Shown here: in pieces, positions 55,069 to 64,000 of the stretch
How the letters are laid out: the number at the start of each line of letters is the position of its first letter
How positions within the stretch are numbered: position 1 is the stretch's first letter
Source of the DNA: a virus
Strand: one strand, 5' to 3'
Virus record (IMG/VR): IMGVR_UViG_3300027797_000012
Location: 1-64,000 of that record
Length of the DNA: 64,000 bases
Made by a program: the position numbers and the translations under genes
Notes under the pieces: generated by a model
Databases searched by the model: none
Told to the model about the DNA's origin: nothing
The model's input: the letters and a program-made list of their open reading frames with translations, nothing else

Positions 55069-55854
55069 CTACTTAGCAGGAAATCCTGTAATAGCAGTCC
55101 AAGTTTTTGGACCGACAACTCCGTCTGCCGCGCCTAGCTTTGGGTTAGCTTTTTGGAAGGCGATAACTGCCTTCTTAGTTACAGGCCCATAGTGACCGTC
55201 GGCTGGCTTAATATCAAGTGCAGCCTGAATAGTCTTAACGTGAATACCTGCTTCGCCTGGATCAATTGTCTCTCCAGGGTAAACCTTACCTGTTGTATCC
55301 TTTTCCTTTACTGCCTTAGGAGCAACTGGAGCAGCTGCAGATCCCGCGTAGTCAGGACGACCCCAGCCGACGATGCCCATAGGAAGTTTCTTCGCATTGT
55401 TTTTACGGAATCCGCGCTCCTTCTTGCAGGTTTCGCCTCCGTTGCGTTGGTCACCTTTAGGTGAGCCTGAAGTGTTGCCTTCAAGACAGATTGCAACACC
55501 GGTCTTAGCGTCTGCCTTAACAATGATACCTACGTGCGAAATGCGATCTACGCCATCACCTGCAAAATCAAAGTACACGATGTCGCCTGGTTCAGGGACG
55601 TTAGTCCCGTCGTTCTCGTACCAGCGCTTCATCTTCTTAAACGCGGTTGATCCAGCCACCGTTGAGACGGTGTTTGGAATTTTTACTCCAGCTTTATTTC
55701 CGCACCAATTTACGTAAGAACCACACCAAGGCAAGAAGTTTGCTTTTGTGAACGCTCCGTACTTTGTTTCATTGTCCTTAGGACCTTCAATTGTTCCTAC
55801 CTCAGCAAGCGCAACCTCAATTAGTCGCGCGGCTGTTCCTTGAGCTGCTGCCAT
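55069..55854 (-). CDS. Endolysin (CHAP plus peptidoglycan-binding domain)
   Basis: PWCGSYV, PGDIVYFD, SHVGI, EGNT; DGHYGPVT, DGVVGPKTW. Confidence 0.88.
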   Translation of the reverse strand: MAAAQGTAARLIEVALAEVGTIEGPKDNETKYGAFTKANFLPWCGSYVNWCGNKAGVKIPNTVSTVAGSTAFKKMKRWYENDGTNVPEPGDIVYFDFAGDGVDRISHVGIIVKADAKTGVAICLEGNTSGSPKGDQRNGGETCKKERGFRKNNAKKLPMGIVGWGRPDYAGSAAAPVAPKAVKEKDTTGKVYPGETIDPGEAGIHVKTIQAALDIKPADGHYGPVTKKAVIAFQKANPKLGAADGVVGPKTWTAITGFPAK

Positions 55855-55855
55855 T

Positions 55856-55921
55856 TTACTTGCCTCCTTTTGGCTTTGGCTTTGGCTTTGGCTTTGATTT
55901 ACATCCGCATGTCGCGCACAT
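55856..55921 (-). CDS. 21-aa Cys/Lys-Pro peptide
   Basis: MCATCGCKSKPKPKPKPKGGK after GAGGA SD. Confidence 0.45.
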   Translation of the reverse strand: MCATCGCKSKPKPKPKPKGGK

Positions 55922-55944
55922 ATTACTTCCTCTCTGTTAGATTC

Positions 55945-56595
55945 TTACTTAACGATTATAACTGATATTTTAGCTTTAGGACATTTAGCGTTGCTGTCCT
56001 TTATTACCTTTAGCTCTTTGTCATCTACTGTAAGTGACCAGCGAATTTTTACAGCAACCCAATTTTTAATGTAAGTACATACATCTTTTGCAGGAAGCCA
56101 TTCTGCTGGATCTTGATCTGACTTTGAACGATTAGTCGCTGCGGTGACAGCAATCAACGCGTTAACGTCTCCCATGTCATTTGCGTATTGTTGACGCTTG
56201 TCAGCGTCCCATTTACTTGCGCCTGAATCCCAAGCCTCGGCAAGAGGGACCATATGGTCAACATCTAGCGCAGAAAAATTTGTAACGGTTAATCCGTCAT
56301 ATGCAGAGTACCACTTGCCTGTATCTTTAACGATCTTGCATCCTGCTTCAACCTTAGGCTTTTCAAGAGCTTCTTGAAGGATTACATCGTTGCGCGTGTT
56401 GCAACCGTTCTTATCTAGGTCAGACCAGTGCTTAAACTGCGAACGAGCGTAACCTACGCGAACGTCAGGTGCAACCTTGAGCACTTTAATTCCAGCGTCA
56501 ACAGAGGCAAATACCTTTGGCTTTTCTACCGCATAGGCAGAAGACATAACTGTAAGTGACACAAGTGCTCCTGCAAAAATAATTTTTTTATTCAC
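55945..56595 (-). CDS. Secreted HNH nuclease (DUF1524-like)
   Basis: Signal peptide; GCNTRN, DVDHMVPLAEAWDSGA, NRSKSD. Confidence 0.85.
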   Translation of the reverse strand: MNKKIIFAGALVSLTVMSSAYAVEKPKVFASVDAGIKVLKVAPDVRVGYARSQFKHWSDLDKNGCNTRNDVILQEALEKPKVEAGCKIVKDTGKWYSAYDGLTVTNFSALDVDHMVPLAEAWDSGASKWDADKRQQYANDMGDVNALIAVTAATNRSKSDQDPAEWLPAKDVCTYIKNWVAVKIRWSLTVDDKELKVIKDSNAKCPKAKISVIIVK

Positions 56596-56602
56596 TTTGT
56601 TC

Positions 56603-59221
56603 CTAACGTGTTGAGTAGCGTGAAGCAATGCCCCAGTCAACTTCTCCTGTTGGCACAGCACGCGGAACTAATGCGCGGCCTTGAATCTCAGCTCGTGAGC
56701 CAAGACCTACAACTTTCATTCCACGATCAGATATCTTACGCTGGAATGCGATCTGTGTCATTGGTCGTTCACCACGTTCTTCAGACCACGCACGGTAGAC
56801 AGAATATAAAGCCTTAACTGGAACTACAGTCCCTTCAGACTCCTTTGTCTCTTCATTTAAGAAGATACCGATACGGTCTTCGTTCTTACGATACATGTCA
56901 CTTGCTTCGGCAACAGCGGCGCACATACCAAGAGCGTCTCTTGCGCTTGAGCCAAGAAGCTTAATCGCACCCTCTACTGCCCAAGAGAGAACAGCAGGCA
57001 GTGCACCTTCAGGATCAAATATGTAGTGCTTTAAGTCTGGGTCCGGTGACTCCGGAACGTTTGTTAGAGGCACTGGACGAATACGACGCCACATTGCATC
57101 ATCGTTAATGATAGGTCGGTGGTTTGTTGTTACCCAAAGTTTTGCGCGAGAAGAAAATGTGAACGGTTTTTCACCAGGTGAACGAGCTGAAATTTCACTT
57201 GAACCTGTAAGCTTCTTAACTGAGTTTTCCTTAAGGCGCTCTGACTCAGGAAGTTCGTCAACCCACACTAGACGGCGACCGCGAAGCTCTGCCCAGTGAT
57301 AAAGATCTGATCCGTTTGCGTGACCGTCTCCTTGAGCAAGGATAGATGAGTCTAAAGGCCAGGCGTATTGCTGCGTGCCCATGCACTTAACTAAAGCTTC
57401 AACTAGTGTGTTCTTACCTGAACCTGCAGGTCCATAGATCAAAAACATTACGTCATAAGTACGAAGACCAGTTAGCGAGTAACCAGCTGCGCGTTGTAAC
57501 CAGTCCTGTAGCTCTTTATCTCCGCCTGTTGCAAAATCTAAGAACTGTTCCCACTTAACATTTCGCATTCCTGGCGTGTACGCAACTGGTGCGCGACGAG
57601 TAATAAATAAATCCGGGCGACCTTTAAGAAGTTCTCCAGTGCGAAGATCAATAACTCCGTTAGCAACACCAAGTAGTGTTTCATCTGAGTCCCAGGCGTT
57701 AACCTCAACCTGTACGCGAGGATCTGACGTCGCGTTTTCAATGCAGCCTGCAATGCGTGAATTAGACTTTGCCTGCAGAGCCCACTTCATAAGTTCAGAC
57801 TGCTTGTCTGCATCTTCGTAGTTTACAACTTCAGACGCAATGATCGGTGCAAGTTTTTTTGTTAGCTCTTGAAGCTCGAGGTTTTCAACGTCTGGCTTCC
57901 AGTATCCACCGTCCCAGTGAAACCAGCCAAGTCCTGGAGTGTAACGAATTGCAGGACCAAATGAATCTACAAGACGACGACCATTTCCTGTATCTGTAAG
58001 TGTACGCTTACCAGGTTCTCCACCGTCGTTCTCATTAACGGCGTCAACGTCTCTAGGCACATCCATTTTCATAAGACTTGATGCTTCAGAAATTGAATCA
58101 CCATCTGAGATTGACTGTGTGATTCCACCACCAATAGTTCCAGGCATGTTGTAAGTATCCTGCGGTGAATAATTTTCAGTTGTTCTTATTTCCTTTTGTA
58201 CTGCAGGCTTAGAGCGTGTCTCCTCTTGAGATTTAGTTGCCCATTCTTGAAGTCCTGGCCACATGCGCTCTGTCTTTGGGTTGTCAATAACAAATTGAAT
58301 AGCGCGACGTACGTGCATCAACAATCCGCCTTGGCCTTCAAGCTCAAGCGGCGGCCGCACCTTTTCTGCGTTAAAACGAATCATCATTGTTTCAACAGCA
58401 AGACGTCCTGCTTCAGTATTTATTGGAAACTTATTAGCAAGTGCGCATGTCATAGAGTAAATATCAACAGCGCGTGAGCCTTCGTCGATTCCTTCTTCAA
58501 GAAGTCTTTCAACATCAACACGCTCGCCCGCAAAATCTAAATCATCTAAGAAACTCCAGTCGCCTTCACCTAATGCTGTCGGTGACTTGCGTCCGCGCTT
58601 ACGAAGTGACATAAGCAACTCTTCTGGAGCAGTTGCCATTTCAATTTCCCAAGGCGCATGACCAGGTGCCCACTCGTAGCAAACTCCAGAGAAGTGACGT
58701 GAAGGCGTAATTAAAACGTATCCGTTGTGTTTAATGTCAACGCCCGGAAGATTTGCTTTCTTAAGATTTCCAACGAGCTGCTCTGCTTCTTCACACTTAT
58801 AAAATAGGTGTCGTCCTCGCATAACTTTTCCACCGGCGATTGTGTACTCACCTGTGATTGCCTCAACTGTAGGAGGCAAGAATCCTTCAACTAACGCTTC
58901 AAATTTTTCGAATGAATCTGGCCCACCTGAGCGCGGATCAATGTCAATTACAAAAAATCCACTTGAACGACACATGACGCCGATATTCATGTTTGGATCT
59001 TTATCCCACCAGGCGTTTACAGTCGCAGCGTCTGTAGTTGCGAACTTGTTCCACTCTGGAAGTGATGGGTGCTTGCCTACATCTTTTGGCTCAACGTGTG
59101 CGCCGCCGCAAGTACAGCGGCCTCCGACGATTCCGTAGCAAGGAAGTATTGACCAGTTATTAGTTGCGTACCAACTCGCAGCAGGACCTAAACGTCCCTC
59201 TGCTGATTCCCATACGCTCAT
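56603..59221 (-). CDS. Bifunctional primase-polymerase fused to D5/P4-type SF3 helicase
   Basis: GKHP, NIG, VIDID, GRHLFY, GYVL; TDTGNG, GPAGSGKNT, KKLTG. Confidence 0.92.
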   Translation of the reverse strand: MSVWESAEGRLGPAASWYATNNWSILPCYGIVGGRCTCGGAHVEPKDVGKHPSLPEWNKFATTDAATVNAWWDKDPNMNIGVMCRSSGFFVIDIDPRSGGPDSFEKFEALVEGFLPPTVEAITGEYTIAGGKVMRGRHLFYKCEEAEQLVGNLKKANLPGVDIKHNGYVLITPSRHFSGVCYEWAPGHAPWEIEMATAPEELLMSLRKRGRKSPTALGEGDWSFLDDLDFAGERVDVERLLEEGIDEGSRAVDIYSMTCALANKFPINTEAGRLAVETMMIRFNAEKVRPPLELEGQGGLLMHVRRAIQFVIDNPKTERMWPGLQEWATKSQEETRSKPAVQKEIRTTENYSPQDTYNMPGTIGGGITQSISDGDSISEASSLMKMDVPRDVDAVNENDGGEPGKRTLTDTGNGRRLVDSFGPAIRYTPGLGWFHWDGGYWKPDVENLELQELTKKLAPIIASEVVNYEDADKQSELMKWALQAKSNSRIAGCIENATSDPRVQVEVNAWDSDETLLGVANGVIDLRTGELLKGRPDLFITRRAPVAYTPGMRNVKWEQFLDFATGGDKELQDWLQRAAGYSLTGLRTYDVMFLIYGPAGSGKNTLVEALVKCMGTQQYAWPLDSSILAQGDGHANGSDLYHWAELRGRRLVWVDELPESERLKENSVKKLTGSSEISARSPGEKPFTFSSRAKLWVTTNHRPIINDDAMWRRIRPVPLTNVPESPDPDLKHYIFDPEGALPAVLSWAVEGAIKLLGSSARDALGMCAAVAEASDMYRKNEDRIGIFLNEETKESEGTVVPVKALYSVYRAWSEERGERPMTQIAFQRKISDRGMKVVGLGSRAEIQGRALVPRAVPTGEVDWGIASRYSTR

Positions 59222-59471
59222 ATATGATTACCTTGCTCTAGCATCTTTGCGTCGTTAACTCCAATCAAATCTTAATGTACTGCGCTGCTTTAGCAGAGAA
59301 GCTCTATCATATCACTTTTGTGCAAAATGTGTTACTTGGCGAATATAAAGGGTACTTGCCATAAGTGTACACTACATTTCACTTAAATTACTCTTTTTAT
59401 CATTAACTACTTATTCCACTTAATATACAATTTATCCACTATAACCATTCACCTGGAAGGCACTATTCTCT

Positions 59472-59828
59472 ATGCAAAGCGTTTCAATGCAGATAGGTTT
59501 TATTGCCGCCTGTGTCGGTGGGATTACTTTTTTAATTGGCTTCTTGTACTCTGTCTATAAGGTGATCCGCAGGGTAGAATCTGCCATCGGTACAGATGAA
59601 AAAGGAAGAACTGTTTCTGACCGTATGGAAAGAGTCGAGTACCAGCTTTGGGAAAATGGCGGAAGCTCACTTGCCGATAGGGTAAATACCATCGGAGCTC
59701 ACGCAGACCAGATGGCGGTAGAAGTTAAGTTTATCAAGGATGTGCTCCTTCGTCTCTTGGATATGCCTGAGATTGAAGTTGAGCCTGCGGTAAAAAAACG
59801 CACAAGAAGTAAAAAAGCAGAGGCTTAA
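59472..59828 (+). CDS. Membrane-anchored protein
   Basis: N-terminal TM; NGGSSLAD. Confidence 0.6.
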   Translation: MQSVSMQIGFIAACVGGITFLIGFLYSVYKVIRRVESAIGTDEKGRTVSDRMERVEYQLWENGGSSLADRVNTIGAHADQMAVEVKFIKDVLLRLLDMPEIEVEPAVKKRTRSKKAEA

Positions 59829-60020
59829 AGAAGCAGTTTATTTGCTTATATAATTATTATATAGGTACTTTGAATTATCTGTATAAGTACAACATGCCGA
59901 TAAGGTTGTAGGCAAGTATGACTTGTAAAGTTCTGGAAACTATAGCGTTAAAACCACGCTAAGCTTGCACCTATAGGTTATAGTTTATTCTAACATAGAC
60001 CTGTTAGGAGAAACAAGCGT

Positions 60021-60320
60021 ATGTCATTGATACAAAGACTTGAAAAAGAAGCAGGTAAGTCAAGGCCTGGATTGGCTTGCAGGGTTGGATCCATACTTCT
60101 TAGCAACGATATGACTAAAGAAGATAAAGACTATCTTAAAAAAGTATTAGAAACTCCGGCTGATGATCCGGCTCGAATACCAACAACAGCGATAACTCAA
60201 GCGCTTCGTCAAGAAGGTTTTGACGCAGGTCCCGCGGCGATAAATCGTCATCGCAGGCGCGAGTGCCGTTGCTACGGCTCAAGCCCAAAGTTTAATTTAA
60301 GAGAAGAAGAAGAGGCTTAG
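60021..60320 (+). CDS. Hypothetical DNA-binding protein
   Basis: RHRRRECRC; precedes the phosphoesterase. Confidence 0.6.
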   Translation: MSLIQRLEKEAGKSRPGLACRVGSILLSNDMTKEDKDYLKKVLETPADDPARIPTTAITQALRQEGFDAGPAAINRHRRRECRCYGSSPKFNLREEEEA

Positions 60321-60324
60321 TCCA

Positions 60325-61542
60325 GTGGCTTTTTCTGACAAGCTTGAAGATCTTTTATCTGCGCCAACCTCTTCTTTTGCAAGAAGAGCACGCCCAAGCT
60401 ACCCGTCTGGCTGGGAGCCAGGGGTTCTACATGGGGAAGATGGCGTTCTTACTGTAACCACAGATAGAATTCCAAAGATAGAAGATGAAGATTCTTGGAA
60501 GGCCGCTGTTGAGTCTTTAGGCGTTGCTGTCCCAGAAGGCTGGGTAGTTAGACCGTTTGAAGCGCGATACGACCCTGCTGTTTGGCACCGTGATGAAGAG
60601 GGCGCCGACGCAGTAACACGCCCCGTGTGGCGATATAAGTTCAAGATAGAGCAGGCTTACGCGTCGGATATTAACTTTGAAGAGCTAATAGAGCTAGTTT
60701 CTAAGCATAAGGCAAAGAAACCATCGGACGCAGAAATTGGTACACGGCAATGGGTTCTAGCAACTGGCGACTGGCAGCTTGGCAAGATAGACGGTGACGG
60801 AGTAGAGGGCACCGTAAAGCGTATCCTTGAGTCTACAGATCGCTCGATTGAACGTATTAAGGAATTAAAGCGTCTAAAGAAGTGGCCTGGTAACGCGGTG
60901 CTTCTTCTAACAGGCGACTGCGTTGAAGGTTTTGTTTCACAAGGTGGCGGAAATACATGGCGCACTAACTTGACTATGACAGAGCAAGTTAGACTTTACC
61001 GCCGCTTAGTTTTTGAGATAGTTACACGTTTAGCAGGAGAAACTGAGAATCTTCTTGTAGTTGCTGTACCTGGTAACCATGGCGAGACAGTTCGTTTGAT
61101 GGGTAAAATGTCTACTCGTATGGATGATTCATGGGATATTGACGCGGTAATCGCGGTAGCCGAGACACTACAGCAAAATAAGGCAGCCTACTCACATGTC
61201 AAGTTTGTTACTCCTTCAAAGGATGAAGGCACTATCGTATTAGACCTAGGCGGAACCATTACCGCTATCGCCCACGGTCACCAGGTCAAGGGTGGCAACG
61301 TCCCCAAGTGGGTTGCAGAGCACGCAAAGAATATGGCGCCAGTTGGAGACGCCCACTTAATTGTTACTGGTCATCATCATCATTTGCACATCCAAGCGAT
61401 GGGACCTCGCACTTGGATACAGGTTCCGGCAATGGAATCAGAGTCAACATGGTGGCGTGAAAAGACTGGAGAGGTATCTCCTCCAGGTATGGTAAGTATG
61501 CTTGTAGGCGCGAGAACTTGGTCTGATCTAGCAGTTTTATAG
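60325..61542 (+). CDS. Mre11-like metallophosphoesterase/nuclease
   Basis: GDWQLGK, GDCVEG, GNHG, AHGH, GHHHH. Confidence 0.85.
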   Translation: MAFSDKLEDLLSAPTSSFARRARPSYPSGWEPGVLHGEDGVLTVTTDRIPKIEDEDSWKAAVESLGVAVPEGWVVRPFEARYDPAVWHRDEEGADAVTRPVWRYKFKIEQAYASDINFEELIELVSKHKAKKPSDAEIGTRQWVLATGDWQLGKIDGDGVEGTVKRILESTDRSIERIKELKRLKKWPGNAVLLLTGDCVEGFVSQGGGNTWRTNLTMTEQVRLYRRLVFEIVTRLAGETENLLVVAVPGNHGETVRLMGKMSTRMDDSWDIDAVIAVAETLQQNKAAYSHVKFVTPSKDEGTIVLDLGGTITAIAHGHQVKGGNVPKWVAEHAKNMAPVGDAHLIVTGHHHHLHIQAMGPRTWIQVPAMESESTWWREKTGEVSPPGMVSMLVGARTWSDLAVL

Positions 61543-61667
61543 CAAATTACACTAATGTAACCAAGTAAATAGTATAAACTTTTGGTAATATCTACTTGTA
61601 GTCTGCTATAGGTAGCAGTGCGCTAGCTTGCACTCGTGCCGTGCAACAGCGAAAGAACGGAGCGTCT

Positions 61668-63740
<2,073 letters not shown>

Positions 63741-63752
63741 GAGACCTAAGAT

Positions 63753-64000
63753 ATGAAACCATTATCCGGTCGCTTTTCAGTATCTGCAGTAACTGAAACT
63801 GCAGCAGGTGTCTACAGTGTCACAGGCACGTTTAACGACGAGTCAGGTCTATACGGCCCTGGTGATATTGCAATTGGCCAACGCCTATATATGTACGAGA
63901 ATAATGAAGGCGCAATTCGTTATGAAGTAACAGGCATCACCAGCGTTGCGTCTAACCCTGTATCAATATCTGTTACCTGGGACGCTGCTGGAGACGCAAT
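63753..64000 (+). CDS. Hypothetical virion protein, truncated by window end
   Basis: AGGAG SD, ATG at 63753, open to the end. Confidence 0.6.
   Translation, partial: MKPLSGRFSVSAVTETAAGVYSVTGTFNDESGLYGPGDIAIGQRLYMYENNEGAIRYEVTGITSVASNPVSISVTWDAAGDA

Overview
A 64-kb segment of a large tailed phage. The host is most likely an actinobacterium: there are two WhiB genes, DUF3039, AGAAAGGA-type Shine-Dalgarno (SD) sites, many leaderless starts and a portal resembling mycobacteriophage cluster B. A freshwater, low-GC host is an inference. Layout: (1) 1-13 kb, minus strand: a giant (>1259 aa, truncated) head-associated protein, a Cys-rich head protein, portal, cell-wall enzymes and terminase large subunit (TerL). 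(2) 13-31 kb: a dense minus-strand early/host-takeover island built from about 23 copies of one strong promoter. It holds a deacetylase-phosphatase-Ntn protease trio, a subtilase, a MoxR AAA+/vWA pair, tRNA-Ile(UAU), structured leaders and two stand-alone non-coding transcripts. (3) 31-35 kb: CHAP-like lysin, probable terminase small subunit (TerS), holin, glycosyltransferase. (4) An AT-rich strand switch at 35.4-35.8 kb. (5) 36-64 kb: surface/fibre proteins, tRNA-Gly, WhiB x2, NrdJ, SpeD, thioredoxin, three Gly-rich paralogues, serine recombinase, endolysin, primase-helicase, Mre11-like nuclease and a collagen-like fibre. The most novel-looking signal is a set of phage RNAs carrying anti-SD-like sequences (one mimics the 16S 3' tail), in a genome where island genes are SD-led and many late genes appear leaderless. 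This suggests an RNA-based translational switch, which is a hypothesis. All calls come from reading motifs by eye; no database searches were run and counts are manual.
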